A DNA stretch of 61,245 nucleotides, the filler included, from Platydemus manokwari (taxonomy: Eukaryota): NCBI GenBank assembly GCA_037951405.1. It is 5 parts of 5 records of this genome, joined end to end, with 100 filler letters (N's around TTAATTAATTAA, not from the genome) between each part and the next. Parts side by side here need not be neighbours in the genome. Positions count along the whole stretch, not along the records: positions 1 to 15,072 come from JBBMOY011355871.1; 4 more parts are not named here. One strand, 5' to 3'. Shown here piece after piece: positions 1 to 15,172 of the stretch. Both the position numbers and the translations under genes were made by a program. The first letter of the stretch is position 1. The number at the start of each line of letters is the position of its first letter. The notes beneath the pieces were generated by a model. That model saw only the letters and a program-made list of their open reading frames with translations, did not search any database and was not told the origin of the DNA.

Positions 1-146
1 TGGAATGAAATATTTTGACAATTAATTAGCGCCGGTAAATCAGCATTTAATATGATTGTGAAATTTATTACCATTTTCAAATGGAAATTTGGTTTTGAAA
101 GGTTGAAATGACTTATACCACTTTCATAATAAAGCGCTCATATATT
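1..146 (-). mobile_element. 5' subterminal fragment of the pogo element at 15173-16910, in reverse orientation
   Basis: 1-71 is the exact reverse complement of 15173-15243. 108-144 matches 15310-15346 at 34/37. Confidence 0.8.
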
Positions 147-992
147 TATAGCTCACCTGAGCACATTCCAACATTATCTGAGTTTTCAGTAAACGATTAA
201 AGTAATCATTTTTATTAGTGAACTAGTAAAGAGATACTCAGTGTTCACATGGGTTACGTACACCGAACTTTTGTTGATAAAAAAGTACAGTTATATCCCA
301 GGCTTAAATTTATTTCATGTAAAAAATCTTATTGATTTGAGAATATAATTTTTTAAACTAAGATCCATCATCTAACACATAAGGAATTCAGCATGATATT
401 CTTTTCCGTTGAATTTCGATAGTTTTGATGCTAAAAGTTCATTGGGAAAACCAAATTCTCATCTCAAAAAATAATTTGCATATCAGATATGTCAATGTCA
501 AATTTTAAAAATATTTTTTGATCATTTCAAAAACAAGATATGGCATTTTCATTTGAGGTGACATGTGAGACAAAATGAGAACCACTATACTAAATATTCT
601 TTTATCTTAATTTTTATTCTCATTTTTGTGTACACGACATTAATAGATTGTAATATGCTCTATTATTTAAACAAACTACACGCATTCTCAGTATAACTTC
701 CATTGATTTTTTTAAATTAACGTAATGAGCGAACTTGAATATTCAACCAATCGCGATTTACATGCTCAGTCAACTAGGTTTGCAGTTTTTTATAGAATTT
801 GATGAGTCATCTTAACTACCATTCCTAGCAACATGAGTTAAAAGGCTCCAAGCACCACAAATTAATTAATAGCAAGCTTAATATTAATTTTTAACGTAAA
901 AGTATTAATTTAAGCAACTAAAACTGATCATCATTAGACTGTTATTATTTGAAACAAAGTTTAAAGAAAAAATAAAAAACATTAATAAAATT

Positions 993-2205
<1,213 letters not shown>

Positions 2206-5200
2206 TGTAAACACTTATAATTTCGTATATAGTAAAGCAATTAGTATTTTAGAAACTTAATATTTAAATTATTAATTATTTAACAAACTATTTTGTAAAA
2301 CAAAATTATATTTGTACATTTTACAAATCTTATGCATGCTTATATGTAGGCTCATAATAAGTTATATGATTATAAAAATTTCACTTAGAAATAGAATAAT
2401 TTAACTAGAGGTAGAGTATTATAATATTTTCTTATAAATATTAATTAAAAATCAATTTTAAATGTATTTTTATTGTTCCTTACAAGCTCCATATTACTTT
2501 TAAATATTTGTGGAAGATGCAGCGCATAACCATTATCTTTGCGATGGCTTACAACACTTTGATATAGTAACCTAATTTGACTAATAGTTGAAATTGCAAT
2601 GATGAATGAAAGCTCGTTGATACTAATACTCTTGTTATTAAGTGGTTTTGTAACAAATTTAAAATGTTGCTTTTAAACAATATAAAAACTCATTTAAATT
2701 ACACAAGAACTTTCTAAATTTTGTCAATTGATTTGGTTTGCCATTTTGTTACGGTTAAAATAATTCCACATATTTATTTATATCCTCATTATGATAATTC
2801 TTAAAACTTGCAGCTGAAAATGTAATTTGAGATGTTTTTTATTACGTAATTCAATAATTGCGTAAGTTTCTCTAATTTATATCCTAGATTTATTGAAAAT
2901 TAAACGTATTCACGAAGTCGATGACCAATGCGAACTTATTTAAAAATATCCATCACAGATACAAAATAATTGTATTCAATGTGAATAACCCTGTTAAAGT
3001 CAATTTCAAAAACTCTTTCATCTTCTGTTACACGTACATTCGCAAGATACTCGGTTGCACCCGATAATCTGCTCATCGGTACTTGAGTGATATTTTGAAT
3101 ATAGTATTCCAATAAATTTAAAAATTAAATTAAATTATACAATCAATGAAAGAATAAATTATTTATTGGTTTGGAAATACAGTTAATTTAAATAAAACAA
3201 ACATTTTTCTCAAGTTATTTTGATTATAATATTGGTTGAAGCCTTATAAATATCACGAAAAAAGTTTCTGATTTTAAGCTATTTTATTATATATTTTGTT
3301 AATATGACTGCCAAGGGTTTTTAAACTTCCGAATCAGTTAAGTTACTCTGATAACAAATGCCTACTATATAATACTTTTCTTATGTTATCAATCAATAAT
3401 TTAAATCTAAAAATTGTATTAAACAAAAGATCACAATCAAAGTCTCAACAACAACAGTAAAACTTTTCACAATTCACAAAGAAAATCACTGAAGATTTGA
3501 TCAGCCCCCGAAAGTCAAAAACATAATGGAAAGCAACCAAAAGGACTGATTACTAAAAATCTCACAAAAATAAGCTTAGCACTCAAGTTACTGACCAAAA
3601 AAACTGGCAGATATTCATGAAACTCAATCTTGTCTGCTTGATGTCAAAAATCTTCGATTTCCATTTGCTGAATTTATTCGTGGATCTATCTACTTGAAAT
3701 TTTCTTCGTATTTCTCATGCTATTGACGGATATTTGAGCTTGCTGCCATTTGTAGGTATGAGCCTGTCGATTCTTAGCTTCTAAATATGAATTAATATTA
3801 GAACGAATCTGATTGGTTAACAGTACGTGTGTTTATTGGATCTGTGTTTATTGACCACTTTTAGGGTTCTTTCCTTGGTTCTCGTGACCCTTTCGATTGA
3901 TTTGTGATCTACCTAACACTTAGTATTCAGATCAAATTATGTCACAAGGTTTGTTAACTTCCTACTTCTTCGTTACACAGTTTACATGATTTATGTTGGG
4001 ATTTTATAGAGATAAATCAAAAATAATTAACATTTTGGTATTATATGATACAAACTAACTCAGTTGTGTTCAAATTTTAAAATTATGATTACAAATAAAT
4101 GTGTGATTTGATTCCCAGCAGAATCTGCACTTCTCAGATACGTAGGAAGTGTTCCAACTCTTTATATTAAGAATAATAATTTAAATATAAATAGTCAGGG
4201 TGGTTGTTAACTATCCTGAAAAATATGAATATTAATAAATAATCAAATAAAATGATACGTTAACGTAAACTTTATTAAATAAGTAAGTCAAATTTTAAAT
4301 TACTCAAGAGATACAATTTGCTATTGTGGACGTATAGGTCCTTCAGGGTAAAATTCAGAAGTGCCCAGCTAAATGATAAAAAAGAAAGTGGGAGATAAAG
4401 TGGTAACCTTAGTAAATTAAAATCAACCACGCATCTATCTCGATACCCGTGGGCACATAATAATAAATAAAAACTTTACTCATCATAATTTTCGTAGTGT
4501 ATGTTTCGTTTGATTAATAGTCGTCGATAATTTTCTACGTAATAACAATAATCGAAAATTTTCTTCTTATAATAGTCGTCGATGACAATAAGAAGTAATT
4601 TAATTATTTGAGCGAATGAAATATAGTGATAGCTAACTGAATTTATTTGCGTTTATGTACCGATTTTGTAGGTCGCGCAAGCCATATTAGTGTGCAAATT
4701 TTTGGTCTCTATTTTGTTGGGTTGTGTATGTTGTTTAAAGTTCTTTGACCAACTCGATAAATTTGAGTTAAATGAATACATAATCAACTCGCAAACTTAA
4801 AAAAAAACTATTAATTATAAAACACTGGATGTCACAAATTTTTTCAAACTATTAGCTCACACAGAAAGATTAAATAAAAACAATTTGGTATGGTTGTCTC
4901 ACCGAGAACGTGAGAACCTCTATTTCGCCTTACAAGTTTAATATAGATTTTTTAGATAAAATATTAAATATCTCCAAAGGGGATCCTTTAGAGTGCTGTT
5001 ACAATTACCCTTTTTACTTAAATAAAATGTCTACTTATATACTTTCATTTCGTTATCAAATAAAAAAGTTTATTTCCTTTCAAATTTTCTTTCGCAGTTT
5101 AAACGATTTATGATTTGATTCCCTACTAGTTCGTCGAGATTTCAAAGAGTGAATTGTGATGGAAATTCATCAGCTTATATAGTTGCTGAGATTCGGTACT

Positions 5201-5534
5201 TTGTACCTAGGAATTTCCATCACTCTCGTAAATTTTAAGTCATTTTTAAATCTTGGACCATTAATGTTTATGATTTTTAAAAGTCCTTAAACTTAAAAAT
5301 TCTTAATAATTCATCTAACCTTAAAAATTTTATTACTAAATTATTGACATTAAAAATTAAATATCTTGTTTCTTTTTCCACTCTTTGATTTATAAATTAT
5401 ATATATATATAGTTACAATAAATATCAAAATAGTTACAAAAATTCACAATTCATATTAAAATATCAGTATTTGATCAAATATCAATAAAATATCAAGTCC
5501 AGATTGTGATCAAATCAAGATTAGAATTTCAATA

Positions 5535-7050
5535 TCAAGTCAAAAATAGGATAATAGTAATTATTGGATTGATTACCGGATGGTCTGGTATCGAATTCGC
5601 AGTTCCGCCGAATCCTTGCTGACACCAAGTGTCTAAATCCACGCTCCAACTTTGGGTAGCCCATATTTCCCATTTTGGACTCGGTTTTGTGGGTTTCTTA
5701 ACTATTGGTGTACCGGGTCTTTGGGGTGCTTTTGGTTTCTTTGAACACATGACTGCTCGTTGATGGTTGTGGGTTTTTCGGTGGTTGTTTTTGTGGTGGT
5801 AATTGTGGTTTCTAAGACAGCTGCTGTTGCTGTCTCCATTCATCGTAAGACCTAATGGTATAAGGGATTTTTTCGTCTTCGCTCTCTTCACTATCTGAAT
5901 AGAGCACTAGACGTTCCATGTTATCCCAACAATTTGAAGCTAATTTGCAACTCTTAAGCAATGTTCCTTCTCATTTTTGCAAATCTCTGTGCACAACACT
6001 TGGTGCTGTGCAAAATATGACAAACTGAAATTAATTGTGTGCTCTAGGCGCACAAGAATGAACATAAGACAAGTAAACAATTTGTTCATTTTATATACTC
6101 TTTATTTCTTTACAAGACCAATGCTTTGTTCACACAATCTATATCAACCGCATCATCACTTTGAACATAGCTCTTAATTCTTACAATCATGACCAAATGT
6201 ACGTCATCCATTCTATTTCTTTACTTGGTTTTAATGGAATTCATTAAGCTAAATTTCCTTTCGCAATCTGCATTTAATGCCATAAATGCTGCAGCAATGT
6301 CCAACAACTTTGCCAAATCAGAATATTCTTGATTTTTATAAGCAAGTTGTACAAGTTCTAGAAAACTGTTCATAGATTTTGATTTCAATTTTCTTTTGCA
6401 AAAAATTTAAATTATTGTACTGTCCTCTTATAACTCGTTCTGGTGCAGTAAGCAAAACTGAATATTTCTTACACAAAGAAGAGATTTCATCATTTCAAAA
6501 CTCAAAATCGCAATCATAAACAATTATATATGTATATTATACTGGATTACACGTCCTAAAAGGACAAAAAGATTATTTATTTATTTTGTTCTTGAGCTTT
6601 CAATACAGTTAATTCTAAATGTTCTTTTGTTAGGTCCATATGCTTCAGTTTTTGTTACACAGCCCTTGTTTTCAACAAGCATTAAACCATAATTAAATAA
6701 TTTTTTTTCTTTTCTAAAGAAATAAAAATCCCGTTTTAAAAACCGATATTTAAACAAAGTTTTTGTCATTGAGTCAGTACTTTGTTCTCAGTAAGAACTT
6801 TTGTGCGCTGAAGTTTTCCCTATATGTACGCACCTGTTTTCCTTGTGTGTGCCCGCACAGCTAACAGGAAACATTGCTCTAAAGACGTCATGTCTAAATT
6901 TAGCAACACCCAACTGTTTTCTAGCTACATGAATTGCTCAATTGATTTACACTATTTTTAGAAATGACGTATTTAATAAAAATAGATTTTTGAAATAATT
7001 TTTTGATTTAATCTTGGTTTTAATTTCGGTGACCATGGGGTCATTTAAAC
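5535..7050 (-). pseudogene. Decayed ORF of unknown family, split by the hAT insertion
   Basis: Removing the hAT joins AIHVARKQLGVAKFRHDVFRVAN to CWDNMERLVLYSDSEESEDEKIPYTIRSYDEWRQQQQ...PQLPPQKQPPKNPQPSTS...KKPKAPQRPGTP...WEIWATQSW, with stops and frameshifts. Confidence 0.4.
5959..6876 (-). mobile_element. Internally deleted hAT DNA transposon (about 918 bp)
   Basis: Imperfect TIRs CAATGTTCCTTCTCA and CAATGTTTCCTGTTA (rc). 8-bp TSD CTCTTAAG/CTCTAAAG (7/8). Minus-strand hAT dimerisation-domain remnant YSDLAKLLDIAAAFMALNADCERKFSLMNSIKTK*RNRM at about 6130-6400. Confidence 0.88.
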
Positions 7051-7379
7051 AAAAAAAATGTTATAGTAAAACGAATTTTCTGTTTTATTTATTTTAAACT
7101 AAATTTTATTTGAAAATTTTTTTGAATTTTATTTATTTTCATTTTTTCTGTTTTATGTAGAAATTTTTAAAATTTTATTTTTTTAACATTTTTTATATGT
7201 TTATGTTTATTTATAATTTAATATGGTTTTGTAATACAGAATTGAATTTTTAGATTTTTATAATTTTATTTTAACTTAATGACTTATATTTTTTCTGACA
7301 AAACGTGTGACCTATTTTACAGATATGGTTGGATTCTACACTTGTTTCAATAAAATTTTGTTTTTTTAGCAGTTCAATA

Positions 7380-7908
7380 TGTTGAGTGAGACGAAATATT
7401 GCAAAAGAAAAACAAATTTGCATATTGGAACTCTTTTTAGTATTTTAATTATTTGTATGCTTACACAATCATGCAGGCATGGTAATCAACTAATAATAGT
7501 TGATTTGGCGGAAAACGACAAATAGAAAATGAGGCATAGCCATACAACAGCACTTACATAAGTACTGACCAATCTCGCAGATACAAAATCCAACAGGCCC
7601 AATAGAAGCATAAGAAAGTAAAGATCAAATCAAAATCTGATACAAACATGACACAAAAATTACACAAATCTTGAGTATAAATACCGAATTAAAAATGACC
7701 AACTGTCAGTTAGAAACCAGATTTTAGTTGCGTTTTTTTGAGAGATTGTATTGAGTTTAAGAGTCGCACTGGATAGTACATGTGTCATTTGAAAACCAAG
7801 TTTTGAGTGTATTTTTGTGTTGATCTGTGGGTTGTACTGATTAGTGAGTTAGAACCTTCAATTTTGGAATCAGCAATTATTTTGGTATTCAGAATTTAAT
7901 CCCCAACA
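7380..7908 (+). mobile_element. Solo LTR (Gypsy-like)
   Basis: Termini TGTTG...CAACA, flanking 4-bp direct repeat AATA/AATA, internal TATAAATA near 7676. Confidence 0.65.
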
Positions 7909-8839
7909 AATAATTTGTATGTGTCGCAAGTTTATATTTCAGTTTGGCTTGTTCTGATTCTTTTGGTGCTCATAAAATAAAATTTTGTAGAAACTTCCTT
8001 CAAATTAAATTATAACATACCACAATGTTTTTAAAAGTTAATTCTTTTTATCTTACACAAATCTCATTGGCTGATTGGGATTTTTTTATTGCCGTTAAAT
8101 TTTTCAGTGAACGATCAGATATTAACTTCACGTTATTTCATTTGACCATCAATTGACTCAGTTAACTTAGCTATTGTGCAGGTGATCCCAATAAATTCGA
8201 AAACTGTTCACATATTTAATAGGATATTAAAAATAAAAGTCAAATGATAAATGATAAATCTGATAAATCCTAGTTAATGAAATATTAAATATAAAAATAA
8301 ACACAATAAAAGTTGATGGAATGAAAACAAATAAAACCAGAATTGTAAATTTGAAAATTTATTGTATAAAATAACATGAATATAAAATGGAAGATAAATA
8401 TAATTCATGGTGCATAACAAATAATCATCAAAATAGAAATAATAATTCAAAATTTAAAGAATAAAAGTATAAATAATATTTTACTAGTAAATGAATAAAA
8501 ATAATAATTTATATAAAAATGCAGATGTAACTATGCCAATGTAGCAATAACGTGATAAAATGTGGGTGTATATTGATTCGGATACCATGAAGATGAGTCC
8601 CTGAACTTGGAAATTGTATTTAAAGAGTGGATAAATCCAGTAATTCGCAATTTAGTTAGACAAAAGAAATCAAGAAAGAAATTATGGTTAAAGTTAGAGC
8701 ATTGTACCTTATAACTAAAGTATTACCAGTGGTAAATGTGGAGTTAGCAAAAAGCTAACGGTATTATATATTACGCGGTCATGGCAACTAGAAAAAGGCT
8801 TCGAGCTGGTATTTTCAAAAGTAATGACGTGACTGAGTT

Positions 8840-8940
8840 CTCGTTTATAAACTGTAGACAGCACATTACCTTGTCTGATCATTTTTATTCTATAAAATTG
8901 AGAATAATAAATAGATCTTTGTGATAAAAAATATTTGTTA
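8840..8940 (-). mobile_element. Possible non-LTR reverse transcriptase scrap
   Basis: KYFLSQRS...IRQGNVLST resembles the RT motif B' (QGxxLS). It is isolated. Confidence 0.3.
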
Positions 8941-10632
8941 TTATGAGTGTTAACCAAAATAAAAGAGTCAGATATTAGAACAAAGATAATTTGAATGGTT
9001 ATGGTTTTAAACTTATAAAATAGACGTTTCCTTCGATGAGAATCTTGTTCATGACATTGAAAAATTAGTACAAAATTTTTTTAAGATGTTTTGTTATAAA
9101 GAATCATCTGTTAAATTTTCTTCAATGAATCGAAAATAAATTATTGTTCATTAGTGTAATTTTCCGAAATGCATTTTGTGCGTCAGTGTTTTACACGAAT
9201 TGTCTTATTGATTTGCTTACATAGCTTCAATAATTGTGTCTGTTGAGCCTCGTTTGTGTTTCTTGTGTCTTTGTCTTTCTCTTATTTGATTCCTTCCATA
9301 ACTGTTTCTATTTGCTCTTTATTGATTCGAAATTTTTCATTATAACAAATCTTAATCAATATTCGATTGAAGACTTAGATAATTATTTTATAGCTCTAGG
9401 TTTTGTTATTTTTTAATGCCTTAATAAGTTTTCTAATATTATTTATTTTATATATTATTATTTAAGATGGCATACATTAATGGCTCCAAAACAATGCAAT
9501 TGGTTTGTACTATTTTTGAATTGGAATAGGTTTGGGTATTTGAATTAGAGCAGATTTTGTGGAGTCGAATTAAATTGAATATATACTTACTAATTCACAT
9601 AAATTGATATATCCATAAAAATGTTTTGAATTTTTTTATCGAGCCAATTCAATTAATTCGTCATTCCAATGAAGAAACAAGAATTATTTTGTACGCAATT
9701 AGAGAAAAATATTAATTAATATACTTACATAAAAAAATATTTTTTCATTCTGATGTCATTTAGCCGATCTTGATATAATCCAGATATAACAATTTAATGA
9801 TAAAACAGAACTTAATAAATATTCAACTGACTAATTTATTGTCTAAGTTATTGTACAATATTTGTATTAATTGATTTACTGATGAATGGATTTCAACATG
9901 AAAATACAAATGTTCATACTTTTTATTTTGCGATTGATTAATTTTATATTGGCCTTTACATGTGACACGACAAATTGGAAATCTTAAAATCCCATTCTCC
10001 AATCTTTTAACCACAAAGAAACAAAACATGAACAACAGCTTGATCATTTTATAATTTTATCAATATTTTATCAATTTTAAATAAATTAACAACTTACTTA
10101 TTTCCAAGTGAAAAAGTCGTATATTCATTGTTAATTATTGAAATATCTCAAATTACGATTCTATATGTGTAACATAATATTAATGCTGTTTTTGAAAATT
10201 TATTAGTGTAAATTTCGTAAACAAATTGAATAATAATTACAATTTAAATTGATGTTGGAATCTAATGGAATGTAATATTAGTTTATCTTTAGTACTTGCT
10301 TTATTTATGTTTACAAATATTTCTGAAAATTACATGGTGAAGTTTTTTTATTGTGAAAAATAATAAATAAATCTGAAAATGATAGGAAAAAGTTGCTATG
10401 AATATTTAATATATAACCGCCTTGTAATTTTAAGCATAAAATATTGATTTATCAAAATGATTTTGGAGCGTTATTTTAATTAAAATTTATTTATTTAATT
10501 ATTTCTTTCTTGTAGAAATCATTTTGTTTAAATAATTGTTAATGCTAAATATTTTAAATATTTATTTTCTCCACTGATAATTTTTTATAAAATAATATTG
10601 TATTATTAATCTTTTTGTATATCATATTTGTC

Positions 10633-11855
10633 ATGAAACCGATTAAAAAAATTACAAATGAAACTCTCATGTCTTCATGGCAGAAAAGTCAAGCGTATTC
10701 TTCAATTTATGGATTTGTTGAAACTGTTAATTCTCTGATAACTGATAAGTCAATTTTCGAAGTTACCAATGTATCGGAAGTAATAATATTTTATAAATGC
10801 TATTTATCTCTACATAAACTTTAGAATGTTAAATCTATAGTTAAATTGCTTCAGTTTTTGAAAGCTAAAATTGATGACTTTCCTCCTGTCGATCAACCGC
10901 AACGGTTTGGAAACGTAACATTTGCTAAATTTTACAATTGGTTTGACGAAAATTTAATGTCAATTATGGATGAATATATTTTTAATAGAATTCATGATGG
11001 TAAATTATTGTTTTTTTCACATAAAATTTATAATATTCGTAGAAAATTCTAAGTGCAAAACAGAAGAAGTTGGTACATATTTATTAGAAAGTATTGGTCA
11101 TCCTCAAAGAATAGATTATGGATCTGGTCATGAATTATCTTTTATTGCTTTTACCATTGCACTCTGTGATATAAAATTTTTGGATCCAATTACCAATGGT
11201 AAAGCGGATGTAATGAATATTGCTCTCGTCATTTTGCCGGAATATTTATCACTTGTTAGAAAATTACAGAAAACTTATAAATTTGAACCGGCTGGATCGC
11301 GGGGTGTCCATGCTTTAGATGATTTTCAATTTGTTCCATTTATATGGGGAAGTGCTCAGTTATTGAGTATGGTTTTATATGTCAACAAGACTGTCGTTAG
11401 AAATTTATATTAGATCATGAACATATTTTACCGCAACACATCCCAAGCAGAGAAGTAGCCCAAAACAAGAAAGATGAGAATCTATTTTTCTCCTGTATCG
11501 ACTTTATATTTCAGGTAAATAATTTGTCAACGTTTTTTCACCAATTATTGTCATTCCGCATTATTATAGACTAAAACCGGGCCGTTTTCCGAGCATTCGA
11601 ACACTCTTTACAATATTTCCAGCGTGTCGGGCTGGCATAAAATTAACCAAGGCATGTTGAAAATGTTCAAAGGAGAGGTTGGTTTTAATGGGTTTTCTGT
11701 GGGGATTATGAATAATGGTTGGTTTTTGTTCCTAGGTTTTAGGAAAATATCCAGTGGTACAGCATTTTCTATTCGGTAGCATATTTTCTTTGGATGCCGC
11801 AGAGAAATTGGGAGCTCCACCAAATTATATGCCTCTTCCGCATAAATGCTGCTAA
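10633..11855 (+). CDS. PTPA: PP2A phosphatase activator PTPA (PPP2R4/Rrd), 6 exons
   Basis: Motifs [88 protein letters not shown]. Five short GT-AG introns (e.g. 10780-10824, 11000-11042) keep the frame to TAA at 11855. Confidence 0.97.
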
Positions 11856-14296
11856 TGTGTAAAATATTGCTATGGATACTGTTGTCATAGCATTGGTTGG
11901 ATATTGTTTTGCTAGTTGTTTCTTTCAAAATATGTGACTAATAAAATATAATATTGTGTTCTAATATTTGTCAAAATATCGTTTCTATAATGATATTTGT
12001 TTATTTTTACATTATTGATTATTATTGGCATTATTTATAGATAACTGTGTATGTGTGTATGCGCGTGTGTGTGTTTGGAATTGTGCTACATTTTTATTTA
12101 TTGGTAAGTGCGAAATTATGTTGCTGATAATTAATATAAATTTAAAGTTCAATTTAAGCTTTTGATTTTGACTTCAAGCTATTGTTTTGAAAAATATGGT
12201 TAATCTCTGTTTCAGTTATACTTTTCAGTACAATATTTTTTAGTCTGTCACTTCTGATCTCAATATTTCCGATTTATCTTTTTTCAATTTTCATCCTTTA
12301 TTTGTGATGTTGAATGTTATAATATAAAGTCAATATAATAACATGGTGATCATAGTGAATCGTTTAGTAACAAATGTTCATAGCACACATTAAAAACAAT
12401 ATGAGAGATTATTTCTCGACAATGAATGACTCACTGCGTCATTCACTACATAAGGACAAACGAACCGTGACAGTGGAACTATTGATAGAAAAACCACTAT
12501 GAGAGAAATGACAATTCTGTTAAAAGCATTTGAGAGACTATATAATTACCAGAAATTGATCGAGAGTCAGTATCCTTACGGCGTTTAGGAGCACAATAAC
12601 TATTTTCATAATACGACATATTTTAAAGTAAATTATATTCATATTTGTGTTGGGGTTATGATTTACCATGAAGTCAAAAGAATAAGTAAGCCTTTGATAT
12701 TGTGAAACAGCTGATCATTTACCGTTTTATCTCATTTTACGGTTATTGGCTGTTCTCCAAGAGTGTCGGAGTTCATTAAGCTTGAGCCTCATTCAGAAAA
12801 TGCTAAGGTTTCATCAATATGATCGTTGTATATAAAACATGTTAAAATCAATTTGTAATATTTATATTTTTATTCGTTTGTAGTAGTCATTTTAGTTAAT
12901 AAAATTTTCTATCCTTATTGCTGATTATTGGTTGAGAAAGTCAAGATAATTGCTAGCAATAAGACAATCAGTGTTAGCGAGTTTAAGGTTTTAATGAAAT
13001 TGAAACTAATCATATGAATATAGGAACACCCTTGCCATATGTATGACCTAAATACAATGTTGTAATGCGAGGTGAATATAATAATACTTATAAGGTATAT
13101 TACACCTGAGGACTCAAAAGGAAACTCACAGAGACTGATCAAAACGACAGTGATCCTCAATAGGATAAATTAATATAACAACAGAAATAACAATAATAAC
13201 CCATAAGGCTCAAACGTAAAAGGAGTATCAATCTACAAAAAATTATATAATAATCCATTAAAGTCGGAATGTAATATATATAATCTGGAAATCAAAGTAC
13301 AAGAAATTGAATTTTGTAATAAAGCAATAATAATGATAATAATAAGTATTAACGATTAAAATAAATTACTAATAATTAATGATAAAGGAGAATAAACTAT
13401 CATGATGATTATAAATAATTTTAAATTGTAAATGAGGATTTTCGGTGAATACTAAATATAAAATATAACGACAATAAGTATAATTACTAATAAAAATTTT
13501 ACAGGTAATTAAAAAATTATGAAATAAACTTGGCTCTTCCGGCCACCATAATTTATTTACAGGAGCTAAATTTGCTGAAGAAATAATGAGAGTTCTTCAT
13601 ATATGCATTTTGAATTTACCTCTCGTAGAGCTTGCATCGAATGATTAGGATTGGGATATACGATTTCTTCATATAAAAATTAATTTTGAGTGAATTTGTA
13701 ATTTAAAAAACTAGTGCCCGTCGTAGTAGAAAATTACATGGCAATTTGAAAAATAAACATGGAATTGAATTCATTTTATACTCTAACACTAACAACCAAT
13801 TTTTTAAGATGAACCACAAAATTTAAATTTGCCTTAAAATCTTATATTAATTCAAATTTTGAAAATCTGTTAAAGAAATGCGAGTCTACAAGTTCCGCAT
13901 GCGTTATCTTAAATGAGATCTTTAACTGAAGGAAACTGTATCCATTTCACAAGCATTTTAAAATAACAAATAATTAATTTTATTTGCATCGAGCTATTAA
14001 CTAACAGTATGCTGAAATTCTATATATTTTTGCTTAGTTCTTCATATTTTATTTTGATTATATAATCTCTTTTTTAAATGAAGTTATTTCAATTTAATAC
14101 TAAAAAACACATGTACATAGGCGTTTGATCCTGAAATTGTTTTAGTATTTCAGTTACTGTTACTTTCAAAATGCAATATTGAAATACCCACTAATTTCTT
14201 TTGATGTTTAATTTTAGATTAAGTTAAATTATTTTTATATTAGTGATTTCTATATTATTATTTCGTTCAGTTTAATCAGTAGATTCACCATATGCT

Positions 14297-14755
14297 ATGG
14301 ATTTTCTTTGTAAAATTAAGAAACACCTTAACAACATATCAATGACTGGTATAAATCATTGCACATTCATTTAAAACGAATATAGGAGATAATTTAGATG
14401 ATATTCAAAGATATTCAACAAATACATATGGGAAAATCAATGAATTTCGTTTGCAAAATAAGCTGTGCGATGTAATTTTAAAAGTTCAAAATAAGGAATT
14501 TCCAGCTCACAAAATAGTATTGGCAGCTGCTTCTGATTTTTTCAGTGCAATGTTTTCTTGTGGTGTAATGGTTATGTTTCACACTTAAATAAAATAATCG
14601 AAGTTTTAAATCATAATTTTTGATCAGTGTTTTTTAAGATGGCGGAAAGTGAACAATCGGTTATTGAAATCAAATCGATTTCCATTGATATAATAAATGA
14701 AATTCTTGAATATGTATACACTGGTAATGTTGTTGTTACCAATGAAAATGTCCAG
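14297..14755 (+). CDS. BTB/POZ-domain Kelch-like (KLHL-type) protein, 5' exons only; the rest is lost at the gap
   Basis: Spliced: ...[43 protein letters not shown]|[14 protein letters not shown]...[18 protein letters not shown]|gt. First intron 14349-14385 (37 nt). Confidence 0.9.
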
Positions 14756-15004
14756 GTGACTAATGGCTTTATTGTAATAATTCTTTTTAACTATCAATTT
14801 TAATTAATTAATTAAATAACAAATCAAATTCATTGATATTGAATTTATTGTTTTTAATATAATTAACATTAATAAACTGGCATAAATTAATTGTATCATT
14901 ATTTATTAATTCGTAAATTCTATAAGATTTGATATATCATGATTATGATTATTATTTATTATTATTAGTTGTACTATAATCATTATTATCAGTTGTTATT
15001 ATCA

Positions 15005-15072
<68 letters not shown>
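15005..15072. repeat. (ATT)n microsatellite at the contig end
   Basis: About 22 ATT units running into the gap. Confidence 0.95.
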
Positions 15073-15172
15073 NNNNNNNNNNNNNNNNNNNNNNNNNNNN
15101 NNNNNNNNNNNNNNNNTTAATTAATTAANNNNNNNNNNNNNNNNNNNNNNNNNNNNNNNNNNNNNNNNNNNN
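15073..15172. other. Artificial scaffold linker (also at 25043-25142, 41027-41126 and 52087-52186)
   Basis: Identical N44-TTAATTAATTAA-N44 at four places; the insert gives stop codons in all six frames. Confidence 0.97.

Noticed and set aside
150-870. Missing VAC14 5' exons or a spermidine synthase fusion partner (FNRLLK, HVARN snippets)
   Set aside because: No continuous spliced frame, conserved VAC14 N-terminal motifs are absent, and the space is too small.
5156-5223. Hammerhead ribozyme (CTGATGA and GAAA on the minus strand)
   Set aside because: The motifs are buried in stems and stem II does not close between CUGAUGA and GAAA.
15117-15128. Recurrent TTAATTAATTAA palindrome as a biological repeat
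   Set aside because: Always centred in exactly 100-nt N blocks, so it is an assembly linker.
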